A DNA stretch of 64,000 nucleotides from a virus (Duplodnaviria > Caudoviricetes): the IMG/VR virus record IMGVR_UViG_3300048854_000113, positions 6,999-70,998 of that record. One strand, 5' to 3'. The notes beneath the pieces were generated by a model. The model had not been told where the DNA came from, ran no database searches, and worked only from the letters and a program-made list of their open reading frames with translations. Below, piece by piece: positions 9,474 through 19,170 of this stretch. The position numbers and the translations under genes were made by a program. How positions within the stretch are numbered: the stretch's first letter is position 1; every line of letters starts with the position of its first letter.

Positions 9474-9875
9474 TTATTGCCCTATGTCAAAAGCGAGCAC
9501 GACCGGCTCTTTGGATTGCGCATCGATATAGCGAACGACGGTGCTCATGAGGTTTCCATCGAGCACGACGGAGATCTTTGGGGCCGGCAATAACGCGACG
9601 GCCGATTCCTTGAACATTTGCGCCTGGATAAGCGACTGTGTGCCGTCGATATCGGCAGGGCGTCCCACCTTACGAGGTATGCCGGCACCGTAATCAGGGT
9701 GAAACGTGTAATCGGCCGACGCGATCGGATTGCCGTTGCGATCGTCAAGCGCTGGATTGGTCAAAAGACGTCGATATACGCGCTGCTCGCCAGTCACCGT
9801 CGAATTCGCGACAAGCAGGTCCCCGGTCGGGGAGACGTCAATGTCGTTGCCGAAATACTGCGAGATATCGTTCAT
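9474..9875 (-). CDS. Baseplate wedge/sheath initiator (gp25/gp46-like)
   Basis: RRLLTNP...FHPDYGAG motif; between spike and J genes. Confidence 0.75.
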   Translation of the reverse strand: MNDISQYFGNDIDVSPTGDLLVANSTVTGEQRVYRRLLTNPALDDRNGNPIASADYTFHPDYGAGIPRKVGRPADIDGTQSLIQAQMFKESAVALLPAPKISVVLDGNLMSTVVRYIDAQSKEPVVLAFDIGQ

Positions 9876-9878
9876 GGA

Positions 9879-10523
9879 TCAAACCTGCGCGTTGGGCACG
9901 TCGGAGACGATCGTGCTCGAGCCGCCCTGAACGTTTCTGATTGGGTGACCGTGAGCGTCGTAAGCGACACGCATGGTTTTCATAGTCTGGGTGTTTCCGA
10001 TGGCCGTGTTGTCGGTGATATCGCTGCCGGTCGTCAGCGTCGCGCTCGTCGTGACCGGGCCGTAGAACTGGTGAACGGACGCGCTGTAACTGGCTGTGCC
10101 TACAGCGCTCATTGCGAAGTTGCGCGCGACCTGCATCTGCACGTCACCGTTCGTCAGGAATTTCAGATAACTGCCACTCGCGTGAAGCGCCCAGATCTCG
10201 CCGGCCGGTACCGCTGGCGCGCGCGCCGACACGTTGAAGTAGCGGCCGGTGATGTAGCCGGACTCGAAATCAGCCTCGGCGAATTCAACCATCACCATGT
10301 CGCCGATGTTCGGGCCCACAAGCAACCCGAAGCCGTTGCCTACACCCAGCGCGCCCACCGGCATCCAGTTGGTCTCGACGTCTTCCGGCTGAATCTTGAC
10401 CTTTACAGCGTGCGTGCTGGGGTCATAGCTGCTAATCAGGCCGATGCGAGAGTCGGCCGTCGCGCTGTCAACTGCGCCAGCTATCGCCTTTTGGGCATTC
10501 GCAAGCAGGTGATGGTTCATCAT
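9879..10523 (-). CDS. Baseplate spike (gpV/gp45-like)
   Basis: GLISSYDP...VKVKIQP...TNWMP OB fold, PNIGDMVMV, C-terminal YDAHGH metal motif; ATGA overlap with the upstream gene. Confidence 0.85.
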   Translation of the reverse strand: MMNHHLLANAQKAIAGAVDSATADSRIGLISSYDPSTHAVKVKIQPEDVETNWMPVGALGVGNGFGLLVGPNIGDMVMVEFAEADFESGYITGRYFNVSARAPAVPAGEIWALHASGSYLKFLTNGDVQMQVARNFAMSAVGTASYSASVHQFYGPVTTSATLTTGSDITDNTAIGNTQTMKTMRVAYDAHGHPIRNVQGGSSTIVSDVPNAQV

Positions 10524-11629
10524 GCCGTTGCCTGGGACTCTGGGGAGTGATTCTTTGCGGAGCACACCGACGAGTAGCCGCCGCGTACATCCATAGAGCG
10601 GGTGATGCTTTCCGGGAAATAGCGTTGATCGAATTTCGTGCCGGTACCGAGGATTTGCAGCACGGCCTGCGAGGTCAGATCGTCGTCGGCCGGCGTCTCG
10701 AAGTTGACCTTCATTTCGTGCTGGATCAGTTCGCGATACCACTGCTGCGCGCGCTGGTCCGCCTGCTGTTGCGTGAGGTTGTGAATCGACCGTCGGTAGA
10801 CCTGCGGTTGGGAACTCGACTGACCAGGCTTGATCGACTGCGCCTTACTGCTCGGATAGGTGGCCGTTATCGCTTTTCCGGTTTTTCCGTTGAAAGAGCG
10901 CACGACAACCTGAATTCCACGTGAGACTGTCAGCGCTCGCTTGAACCTGATTCGCTCGACGTTGCAGGTTGCGTAGCCCTGATCATCGGGCGGCGTCCAT
11001 ACGATGCGATAAGGCGTCGTGTTTTCATCCGGCGCCGGCTCGAAGTAGAGCACCTTGCCGCGCACGTAAGCGCGATAGCCTTCCTGCTGCGCGAGGTAGG
11101 AAATGATGTCCCATTCCGTGCGCTCGTCCGCCATGTTGACGTGGTCGATCTCGTAGTACTTCCCAGCGAGCGTCGCAGTAGGTGTCACGGAGGCCGTCAG
11201 CCCGTGACTAGCGGCAAGCTGTTGCGCTATCTGCGACGACGTCTGGTTCGGCCACTTCTCGGTTGTTTTCGCGTCGATAAACACGCGCGTCAGGTCGCGA
11301 CCGGTCACTTCGATCGTGCGCGACACCGGGTCGTAGTCAATATCGTCGACTTGTCCGTAGATCCAGCTGGTGAGATCGCTCGCCGAAAATGATTCGGGAT
11401 CGTCCGGAAACCCGGCGAACACCTCGATGAACATGTCCGTCTGTTCGCTAAACCATCCGGCGTCGCGTTCGTCAGGCAGCATCGACTCGGCGAACGTGAC
11501 ACGGAATGTATCTGCGGCGAAAAAGCTGTTGTTGACGACGTTCAGATCAGTCCATCCAGAGATCTGTGAGTCATTTACCTTCACAAGTCCCCGCGGTTGC
11601 CGAACGAGGGGCGTGTTGGCGTCAATCAT
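10520..11629 (-). CDS. Baseplate hub (gpD/gp44-like)
   Basis: ADTFRVT, IEVTGRDLTRVFID, WDIISYLAQQEG motifs; gene order. Confidence 0.8.
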   Translation of the reverse strand: MIDANTPLVRQPRGLVKVNDSQISGWTDLNVVNNSFFAADTFRVTFAESMLPDERDAGWFSEQTDMFIEVFAGFPDDPESFSASDLTSWIYGQVDDIDYDPVSRTIEVTGRDLTRVFIDAKTTEKWPNQTSSQIAQQLAASHGLTASVTPTATLAGKYYEIDHVNMADERTEWDIISYLAQQEGYRAYVRGKVLYFEPAPDENTTPYRIVWTPPDDQGYATCNVERIRFKRALTVSRGIQVVVRSFNGKTGKAITATYPSSKAQSIKPGQSSSQPQVYRRSIHNLTQQQADQRAQQWYRELIQHEMKVNFETPADDDLTSQAVLQILGTGTKFDQRYFPESITRSMDVRGGYSSVCSAKNHSPESQATA

Positions 11630-11637
11630 GCATTTCT

Positions 11638-12591
11638 CTACTGGGTGAGGACCCCACCGACGGGGTTATTGTTGGCCGGGATCACGAGAGTTGTGATGCC
11701 GGTCAACTCAGGATCAGTGATGTTGTTTGCCTTTGCGATCGACGTCCACGACGTCGCATCCTTGTAGTACTTCGATGCGATATCGAACAGGTTTCCACCT
11801 GCCACGGTCACGGTCTTCACGCTCGAGTTGACCTGACCGAGGTTGGTGGCCATCCGCGCAAGCGACGAATCGTATTTGTAGAGAAACGTCGTCGACAGGT
11901 TGGTGTTGAGCTGCGTGGTGAGGCGTGAGACGTTAGTTGCAAGTGGGTTATTCGGCAATATCCCGCCGACTGTGACGATGTTTTTCAACGTGTTTTCGCT
12001 GCTTGCGATCAACGTCTGGACCTGTTGACGTGCTGCGTTCAGAGGCGCGACGACCGTTTGTATCGTGCTCTGCGCTGCTTTAGCGAAGTCCGAGACTGTC
12101 GAAACCGCCGTAGAGAGCGTCGATGTCAAACTGCTGAGCGTTCCATCACCAATTGACCCAGCCAGGCCTGTCGCCGAGGTCATGTCGCCCCGGATGACAG
12201 AGTCCAGATCGAAAGCGCCAGTACCGCCCGGGCTCGTCTGATCCTCGGAGACTTCGCACGTGATGCGGTACGGGATCCGGAAGGGCGCTTCGTACGATGC
12301 GTCGAAGTCCGAGACCACGACGAGATATCGCAACGTGTCCCACGTCAGCACGACCGACTGGCCGTCCTTGCGCCACTGATCGAGCGACTGGGCGCGCGCG
12401 AGCGCCGTCGACCCAAGAAACAGGCCGGACCACGACTTCGGCGCTTCGTCCGCACCCATTGAATCAATGACTTTCGTGCCACCGACGAGCCGCTTTACCG
12501 CGAGTTGCTGACGACCGCCAAAAGAGATGTTCTCTGGGATTTCCAGCCCGGAGAACACAACATCGCCGAGCGTCAAGACGATGTTTGCCAT
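11638..12591 (-). CDS. Tail tube initiator with C-terminal LysM-like domain
   Basis: N-terminal gpU-like domain; C-terminal GNLFDIASKYYKDATSWTSIAKANNI...LVIP. Confidence 0.75.
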   Translation of the reverse strand: MANIVLTLGDVVFSGLEIPENISFGGRQQLAVKRLVGGTKVIDSMGADEAPKSWSGLFLGSTALARAQSLDQWRKDGQSVVLTWDTLRYLVVVSDFDASYEAPFRIPYRITCEVSEDQTSPGGTGAFDLDSVIRGDMTSATGLAGSIGDGTLSSLTSTLSTAVSTVSDFAKAAQSTIQTVVAPLNAARQQVQTLIASSENTLKNIVTVGGILPNNPLATNVSRLTTQLNTNLSTTFLYKYDSSLARMATNLGQVNSSVKTVTVAGGNLFDIASKYYKDATSWTSIAKANNITDPELTGITTLVIPANNNPVGGVLTQ

Positions 12592-12596
12592 CGCTA

Positions 12597-14612
12597 TCAC
12601 CACCGTTTCAAGGTTTGGGGCGTTTGTTGCATGCCCGGATCGAACATCCCACTACCGAGCGGCGCGGACAGCGCGCGCGCCTGATGGCCGGAGACGACGT
12701 CGGCTATCACGCGCCCGTCAAGGTGCACGGGAACGTGAACCGTGGTGTTCGGACTTGCGGGCGTAGCGACAGGGTTTGGCGTGTCCTTGTCGTTCCCATT
12801 CGCCCAGTTCCATGTCGCTCTGACCTTGCTCCAGAAACCGGGCTGCGCTTGTACTTCGGCGATACCGCGATCCTGAGACGCAGTGAACGCAGAAAGTTGC
12901 CTGAAGAAAGCGGTACCGGCCGTCAGCACCGCCGTGGCGCCAGGCAACACCGATTCACCAAACACGGTCTTGAAGGTGTTCCACGCCGCTTCGAACTCGC
13001 GCTGCTTGCCTTCGTACGTCTTGTCGCCGATCGCTTTGCCCTGATCGATGTTGAGCGCCTTCGCAGACATCTCTTCTCCTTTCCGGATGGTCGGCAACTG
13101 CTGATAGATCGTTGAAAACAGATTGGAAGCGGTCCGGTTCGAGAAGATCATGCCGATCTCGCGCAGCACGTCCGACTCGGTCGTAATGCCTTTTGCCGTG
13201 AACGCCGGCAGCAGGACTTTCTCGAGGTAATCGACTGGCGACGACTGCAACATGTCGGTGCCTTTCAGCGCGCCCGGCTTGATCTGCTTGATCGATCCCA
13301 TCTGATTGAATACAACACCGCTCTTGTCGAGCAGATCAAGCCGCATCAGCTCTGCCGCGGAAGTTTTCGCGAGCCGTCCGAGAACCAAATTCGAATACGA
13401 CGACATCAGCGCGGTACCGACCCGGTTGCCGCCCATTTCCTGAATGATCGGCTCGAGCTCGTAATAGATTGCCTTGTTGGACAAGCTCTTTGCCGCGACG
13501 CCGCCTGTCTTGATCATGTTCAGGTATTGCGTCGCGTCGACACGGCCGCCAGACGTCGACAGCACCTGAAAGATCATGTTCGCCTGATTCTTAAACTCGC
13601 CTGGGTTGTTCAAACCCTTGCGAAGTTCGATGACACGAAGCATGTCCATGAACTTCGCTTCAGTCTCGGCGCCGCCTTCCTTGCCATACAGCGACTCGGC
13701 AGCGAACTTCATATCGGACAGCAGCGGCGTCACCATCTTTGCGTGTTCGAGCGTGCCGGAGTCGCGGAAAACGGTCTGCGCATCCTTGAACAGCGTCATG
13801 TTCTCGGTAAGGCTCGTGCCGATCGTATTCATGCCGCGAACGAACTTCACCGCGTCGGCGTTCATCTGATCGCCCAGCCCGAGCGCTTGAAAGCGCGCGA
13901 TTTCTGTTTGCAGCTCGCCGGCCGCGTGCGCGCTAGCGGATACGGCTGCGTAGCCGACATACCCGGCCGCCAGAGGCGCAAGAAGTCCAGCACTCAAACC
14001 GAGCCCGACACCGCCCAGACCGATCCCACCGGCGCCGATGTGCGCGTTGCCGCCGTGCAAGCCGCCACCATGGCCGCCGCCACGACCGCCGCCTCCGCCT
14101 CCACCACCGCGTGGAATAGGCGGCATGCGCGGCATGGCGCCGCCAGCGACAACGATCTGCTGCATGTGAGAGGCGAGCGTGCCGGCGCGCAGACTGGCTG
14201 CAGTCAAGTGCCGCGCCATCGCCTCAATGGCGTTTCCGGCGGCGCGCAGGCCCGGCACTTCTGCGCTGATTCCTTTCAACTCTGCATTCAACGCGCTAGC
14301 TGAGCTGGTCGCGCGCTGAAACTCGCCGTGCACTGATTTCAGCGCACTGACGGATTTGCCCGCGTTGACGCCGCCTAGACCAGCGCTGAATCTCGCGGCG
14401 CTTTTCTCAGCCAGCAACATGTCGCGCTGGAGCGCGCGTGTCGCGGTCGCCGCCTGGCGGATGCCGGTAGCCTGCGCACCGAGCATTCGCAGGTTCTTGT
14501 TCACCGCCGCTGACGAACGCTCGATGCGGTCGAACAGTTTTGCCAGCTCGAGCAACCGCGGGCCCGCAAGATCGCGGATTTCCAGCGTACTGCCTACCTT
14601 GAAGGCTTCCAT
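12597..14612 (-). CDS. Tape measure protein
   Basis: 671 aa, Ala/Gly-rich and helical; follows the chaperone genes. Confidence 0.85.
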   Translation of the reverse strand: MEAFKVGSTLEIRDLAGPRLLELAKLFDRIERSSAAVNKNLRMLGAQATGIRQAATATRALQRDMLLAEKSAARFSAGLGGVNAGKSVSALKSVHGEFQRATSSASALNAELKGISAEVPGLRAAGNAIEAMARHLTAASLRAGTLASHMQQIVVAGGAMPRMPPIPRGGGGGGGGRGGGHGGGLHGGNAHIGAGGIGLGGVGLGLSAGLLAPLAAGYVGYAAVSASAHAAGELQTEIARFQALGLGDQMNADAVKFVRGMNTIGTSLTENMTLFKDAQTVFRDSGTLEHAKMVTPLLSDMKFAAESLYGKEGGAETEAKFMDMLRVIELRKGLNNPGEFKNQANMIFQVLSTSGGRVDATQYLNMIKTGGVAAKSLSNKAIYYELEPIIQEMGGNRVGTALMSSYSNLVLGRLAKTSAAELMRLDLLDKSGVVFNQMGSIKQIKPGALKGTDMLQSSPVDYLEKVLLPAFTAKGITTESDVLREIGMIFSNRTASNLFSTIYQQLPTIRKGEEMSAKALNIDQGKAIGDKTYEGKQREFEAAWNTFKTVFGESVLPGATAVLTAGTAFFRQLSAFTASQDRGIAEVQAQPGFWSKVRATWNWANGNDKDTPNPVATPASPNTTVHVPVHLDGRVIADVVSGHQARALSAPLGSGMFDPGMQQTPQTLKRW

Positions 14613-14615
14613 TTA

Positions 14616-15104
14616 TCACTCTGCTTTGATTGGTCGCTTCCAGGCACCTCCGGCAAGGAACGTGCTCACGGTCAAACCGGCGATGTGCTCGATGTCCTTG
14701 AGACTTCCGTACATGGCCGGGCCGAGGACAGGCCGGGGAGGCATTTTTTCGGTACCGAACTCGTGATAGACCATCTTCATGTCGTCGGTGCCGACAACCA
14801 CGGTCGCGCCCAAGAATCCGGCCTGCACTGCGTGCTTGATGCTGTCGCGCATGGCGCCACTGGCCTCGAGGGGGGCATTGGCTGGGTAGCCCATGCGCGC
14901 CTTATGCTCTTCAGTGCTCGGCTTGAGCTGCGCCCATGCGGTCCATTGATCGAGGCGTGGCTGGTAGTGCCCGATGATGCCCTTCGCCCGGGCTTCTACC
15001 AGCACGCCGGCAAGTTCCGCGATGTGAGCGGTCACCTCGTGACTTTCGAGAGCGAGGCGGCGCAGGTAGTTCGCCGCACCGCCAAAGGTTTTGAACGTCT
15101 TCAC
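14616..15104 (-). CDS. HK97 gp10-like/virion morphogenesis protein
   Basis: LKPSTEEHK...PLEASGAMRDSI...VYHEFGTEKMPPRPVLGPA motif. Confidence 0.75.
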   Translation of the reverse strand: MKTFKTFGGAANYLRRLALESHEVTAHIAELAGVLVEARAKGIIGHYQPRLDQWTAWAQLKPSTEEHKARMGYPANAPLEASGAMRDSIKHAVQAGFLGATVVVGTDDMKMVYHEFGTEKMPPRPVLGPAMYGSLKDIEHIAGLTVSTFLAGGAWKRPIKAE

Positions 15105-15279
15105 GTCGACCTCTGCACGAACTTACCGGTGTGCCAGTCGAATTGTTGCTGGCCACCTTGCTCAGAGACGATCACCGACCATGCAAACGCCCGTGTCTCG
15201 TCGATGCCGAACGCGACATCGAACGGAATGCCATGCCGACACAGCCACAGCCCTCGACGCTGGGCTGGGTCGGCCGCTA
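15101..15279 (-). CDS. C-terminal frameshift extension of the tail assembly chaperone (GT-like)
   Basis: -1 frame after GCA AAA AAA TAG reads IAADPAQRRGLWLCRHGIPFDVAFGIDETRAFAWSVIVSEQGGQQQFDWHTGKFVQRST*; GTGA overlap with the next gene. Confidence 0.8.
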
Positions 15280-15684
15280 TTTTTTTGCGGCGTCGATGTC
15301 GAGGCCGAAGTCGCTCTTGAAGTGTTCCGCCAGGCCGGCTGCGAGCGCGTCCATGCCTTCCTCATCGAGGCGCTGATAGAGGATTTCCATTTCCGGTTTT
15401 GAAATGGGCGTCGTGACGAGGTTGCCTTCGAGCGAGCAGACGTACATCAACTGGCTCATGATGCCGGTCCACAGCCGATTGGATGACGATTCGCCCAACG
15501 CCTCGATGAAGCGGATGCGAGCGAGCGGTGAGGGCTTCTTCAAGCCGATCACGCGCCCGCGCGAGTCCGTCACTTCAAACACCTGATTCGCTTGCCGCAC
15601 GATCTCTTTCGAGGGCGTGAGCACTTCGCTTTCGCCTTTGTTTGCAGCGTCCGACTGCGGCTTTACGGTAACTCGTTGGTTCAT
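15277..15684 (-). CDS. Tail assembly chaperone (G-like)
   Basis: Between tube and tape measure genes; ends in a slippery A7 run. Confidence 0.8.
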   Translation of the reverse strand: MNQRVTVKPQSDAANKGESEVLTPSKEIVRQANQVFEVTDSRGRVIGLKKPSPLARIRFIEALGESSSNRLWTGIMSQLMYVCSLEGNLVTTPISKPEMEILYQRLDEEGMDALAAGLAEHFKSDFGLDIDAAKK

Positions 15685-15688
15685 GTTT

Positions 15689-16120
15689 TTAGCTCAGTTT
15701 GATCCGGCGTTCAGCGATCCACGTGAGGCGCTGCGTGACGGTGTCGTCACCAGCCCACTTGCCTGCGTTGTCGTACTTGAAGCTGACGTTCGTGTACTGG
15801 TATTGCGACTGAGATCCATCCGGTTCAGCAATGGATTGGGTGATGACGCCGGTACCAACGTCCAGACCTTGGAAATAGTCCGCTTCCCATCCGGCAAAGT
15901 AGTCATCGATGATGCTGTTTTGCCGCTCCATATCGAAACCGCCCGACCAGCCGTCGGGGAAAACCACGTTGCGCACGCGCCCGTCGATTCCCTTGACCTT
16001 CTTTTCCGTCGTGTCCTGTTTCGACTCAAAACCGGTCACAAGCGTCGGTTGAAGCGCGCCGTTTGTCGTGCTGATGCTTACCGACAGGTCGCGCGATACA
16101 GAAAAGCCATTGTTTGGCAT
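15689..16120 (-). CDS. Tail tube protein
   Basis: 143 aa directly after the sheath; GWSGGFDMER motif. Confidence 0.8.
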   Translation of the reverse strand: MPNNGFSVSRDLSVSISTTNGALQPTLVTGFESKQDTTEKKVKGIDGRVRNVVFPDGWSGGFDMERQNSIIDDYFAGWEADYFQGLDVGTGVITQSIAEPDGSQSQYQYTNVSFKYDNAGKWAGDDTVTQRLTWIAERRIKLS

Positions 16121-16156
16121 TTAGTTGCTCCTGATGGCCCCCGTCGGGGCCGTGTA

Positions 16157-17698
16157 TCACTGGACCGTGACCGAAACCGACTGACCGCCTTCGAGGGTGA
16201 TCAGAAATTCGCGGACGATGGACAAGTACTTGACCTTGGCGTACGCCTGCATCACACCCAACGCCACCTGCGACGGCGGGTTGTTGGTGTCATCCAGCGT
16301 GACCAAGAACGGCGGCTTGGACGGATTGTTCGGGTCGCCGATAAAGCCGGCGTCCCAGTTGTCCGTCAAAAAGGCATTCATTTTTGCGCGGGTGTCTTTG
16401 CGCAACTGATCGGTCTGCGGCTTACCGATTGCATCTCCCATCGCGTTCTGGAACGACAGCGCGAGGAAATTGGTCATCGTCGTGTACGCCTCGCTGTTCG
16501 TCGCGGTGCTGCTCGACGTGTTGCGGTCGGTCTGGAAGCCGAAGTAGTTGCCACCGGACGACGGGTTGCCGAGAAAGTCCAGACGCGCCTGCGCGATCGC
16601 GGCAAGTTCCGGATTGCTGTACGGCACCTTGGCGAGCGTGCGCTGCGTACCTGCAACCCCGGAAACTTCCTTGTTCAACGTCGAATCATTCGGGTTCAGC
16701 GTCGCGCGCATCGCGGCCCAGAACGTTGCCGGCGAAAGCAAGCGCACCTGGCCGTTGATGTTGTCGTTCCAGTACACCCAGTCGCCGACCAGCACCTTCA
16801 GCCCGTACGTATCGGCGCCCGCGGTGTTGAGAGCGGATGAGACGGCCGTATACGACTGGCCGACTGATCCGGCTTCGCCAAAGAAGATGCCTTCTTGCAT
16901 CGCGAACGGCTGAATCGTGTTCCACGCCGTCGAATCGGTGTGATCCACAAGCGCCGCGGTCATAACGCCAGATCCGCGCAGTGCATACATCCCGGTGCGG
17001 GTGGTGCTCGTACCATCGGCGCCGATCTGCATAGCGTCGGTCACGCTCGCGTCGCCGTCAGTACCGCCAGCAAACGTCACTGTGGCTGTGAGGTTCGGCG
17101 CGACAGATGAGGTGCCGACGGTCGCGACCGCGAGCTGCGACGGACCGCGTTGGTTCGAGATCCCGTTGTTCACTGCTGAGACAAGCGCGGCCCACAGCGC
17201 GGCGCCAGTACCGACGATGTTGTCGTAGACCTCTGGCGTGAAACCGGGACGCGAAATCGTCAGTTTCGTGGTGCTGGCCTTGCTCCCCGCCGTAAGTGCT
17301 GCCGTCAGCGTGTTGCCGACGACGCCCGTATAAAAGGCCGTCAACGTCGCACCGGTGGCCGCCGCTGTGTCTTTCAACAGGGCGGTCGCTGCCACATCGG
17401 TGCCATCCGTGACGCGCACGCTTTGGACGTTGTTCGCGCCGAGCATGTTGGCGATTGCCAGCGCCGTTGCGAGGTCACGCTTGCGCACGACTTGCAGTCC
17501 GAGGTTGTTCAGCGCGTCGCCAGGCGAGCCGCTGAGCACGGGGCTGTTGACCGGACCCCACGATGCCACGCCGACGTAACCCAGAGCGTTGGTCTGAACG
17601 CCCTGAATGTACGACGTCGACGGCTGCGCGATCTGCGTGTAGACGCCAGGCGCATACATCGCCAGCGGGTTGATCTGTCCTGCCTGATAAATCGTCAT
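16157..17698 (-). CDS. Tail sheath protein
   Basis: 513 aa; PGVYTQI, YVGVASWGPVNSP, FAGGTDG motifs. Confidence 0.9.
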   Translation of the reverse strand: MTIYQAGQINPLAMYAPGVYTQIAQPSTSYIQGVQTNALGYVGVASWGPVNSPVLSGSPGDALNNLGLQVVRKRDLATALAIANMLGANNVQSVRVTDGTDVAATALLKDTAAATGATLTAFYTGVVGNTLTAALTAGSKASTTKLTISRPGFTPEVYDNIVGTGAALWAALVSAVNNGISNQRGPSQLAVATVGTSSVAPNLTATVTFAGGTDGDASVTDAMQIGADGTSTTRTGMYALRGSGVMTAALVDHTDSTAWNTIQPFAMQEGIFFGEAGSVGQSYTAVSSALNTAGADTYGLKVLVGDWVYWNDNINGQVRLLSPATFWAAMRATLNPNDSTLNKEVSGVAGTQRTLAKVPYSNPELAAIAQARLDFLGNPSSGGNYFGFQTDRNTSSSTATNSEAYTTMTNFLALSFQNAMGDAIGKPQTDQLRKDTRAKMNAFLTDNWDAGFIGDPNNPSKPPFLVTLDDTNNPPSQVALGVMQAYAKVKYLSIVREFLITLEGGQSVSVTVQ

Positions 17699-17714
17699 TC
17701 CGACGCTCCAAATG

Positions 17715-17737
17715 AAAAAAGCCGCCCGAAGGCGGCT
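17715..17737 (-). terminator. Intrinsic terminator
   Basis: AGCCGCC-TTCG-GGCGGCT plus TTTTT. Confidence 0.85.
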
Positions 17738-17758
17738 CCTGCTGATCGTGCTGCGCGC

Positions 17759-17935
17759 TTATTGCTGCGCGGCGACTCGGTTCACGCTTTTGACGTTCTC
17801 GCTGTCGAGCACCTTCGCAATCTCGTCGGCATCCGTAATGCGCTGGCCGCGCTCGTAATCGCCGAAGGGATGCACGACCATCAGCTCGAAAGCGGTCTTG
17901 GTCGGCTTGGCGTCGGGTTTGTTCGTATCGTCCAT
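17759..17935 (-). CDS. Small hypothetical virion protein (58 aa), not in the ORF track
   Basis: Manual translation MDDTNKPDAKPTKTAFELMVVHPFGDYERGQRITDADEIAKVLDSENVKSVNRVAAQQ; fills the gap exactly. Confidence 0.75.
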   Translation of the reverse strand: MDDTNKPDAKPTKTAFELMVVHPFGDYERGQRITDADEIAKVLDSENVKSVNRVAAQQ

Positions 17936-17943
17936 GGACTGCC

Positions 17944-18795
17944 TCAGTAGTGTTTGATCGAAATGGTGACGCCGGTGACCGGATCCTGACGAACGACCTT
18001 GCCGTCCACCACAACCGCGGCTTCCTCGATCTGCGTTGTCGCGTATTCCACGAAGTAGCGCAGGTCGCGCCGATACAAATGCGCTTTTTCCAGCATGTCC
18101 GTCATCGGCGTGTCGTGATACGTCAGCCGCGCGGCGGATCCATCGGGCATCGCTAGGAACGCGATGTCAGCGAACGCGACATCAAGAGCACTAGCGACTT
18201 TTGTACGCAGGTCCGGCGTCGGAGCCCACACGGTGATCTGCACAAGTCGTTGCTGTCGCTTCAATTCACGTGAGGCGGTGGCAACGGTGCCGCCGCGCGT
18301 GACGATCTCGGTGCCGTGGTACGACTGGCCCATCGTGATGGTGCCGCCGACGCTGCTCGTGCCGGGATAGTCAACGGCCAGCAGCGACGCGATCGCCGCA
18401 GCGATGGACGTGAGCGTATCGGACGGCTGCACCGGGTAGAGATACGCGACATTGCTGATGAGCACCGCAAGGTTGTGCGATACAAAAGGGGCCGGCACCT
18501 GCCCGCTGGCCACGATCAGATTCGCGCTCGCTGTCAGAAAGATCGACTGTGGCTGCGCCTCACCGGATTGCCACTTGCGTAGGTAGCGCGTGCGATTCGA
18601 CTCGACGGCGGTCGGGAAGACGCTCACATTGACCTTGCCGGCCTTCAAGTCGGTGTCCAGATTGGCTGCGACTGGCCATCCGGGATAGGCACGCACGGCG
18701 GTGCCGACGGCTGACTGTGCGCCGGTACCGTTCGGATACATCAGCCCGGTGACAAGCGACGCAAGCACGTCGAGCACGTCGGAAATGTCAGCCAT
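17944..18795 (-). CDS. Putative tail terminator/completion protein
   Basis: Position upstream of the sheath; YPGWP and RDLRYFVEYAT motifs. Confidence 0.6.
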   Translation of the reverse strand: MADISDVLDVLASLVTGLMYPNGTGAQSAVGTAVRAYPGWPVAANLDTDLKAGKVNVSVFPTAVESNRTRYLRKWQSGEAQPQSIFLTASANLIVASGQVPAPFVSHNLAVLISNVAYLYPVQPSDTLTSIAAAIASLLAVDYPGTSSVGGTITMGQSYHGTEIVTRGGTVATASRELKRQQRLVQITVWAPTPDLRTKVASALDVAFADIAFLAMPDGSAARLTYHDTPMTDMLEKAHLYRRDLRYFVEYATTQIEEAAVVVDGKVVRQDPVTGVTISIKHY

Positions 18796-18828
18796 CCCAA
18801 CCCTCGCTCCCGATCCTGATCTGTTTCA

Positions 18829-19170
18829 TCACGTCTCCAGCCGCTCGACGAGCGCGTTATAGCCCAGCGAGTTCCAGTAGGGCGCCAGCACCTGATAGCG
18901 CACGCCAAGGTCGTCCGTGATCACGTCGCGAGCCTGCAGCAGACCGTTTTCCCGGCGAAACAGCACGCGCCAGAGCGTCGCCTTGCCGTCAGACGGCAGG
19001 CCGGTGGCGTTGTTTTGCCCTTGGCGGTCGAGCTGGATGCTTGCTCGGATGTCTTTCGCGACCGGTGTTTCCGCAACTGGATCAAGGCCGCTATAGGCCG
19101 GCGTCAAACTCGGCTCGTCGGCGACCGCAGGGCGACTGATCGCGATCAGTCGCGGATAGAGAAAGCTCAT
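18829..19170 (-). CDS. Head closure/neck protein
   Basis: 113 aa beta-rich ORF after the adaptor; LQARDVITDDLGVRYQV. Confidence 0.6.
   Translation of the reverse strand: MSFLYPRLIAISRPAVADEPSLTPAYSGLDPVAETPVAKDIRASIQLDRQGQNNATGLPSDGKATLWRVLFRRENGLLQARDVITDDLGVRYQVLAPYWNSLGYNALVERLET

Noticed and set aside
13527-14303. 258 aa + strand ORF
   Set aside because: Antisense shadow of the tape measure gene in high-GC DNA.
15617-16840. 407 aa + strand ORF
   Set aside because: Antisense to tube and sheath genes; no motifs.
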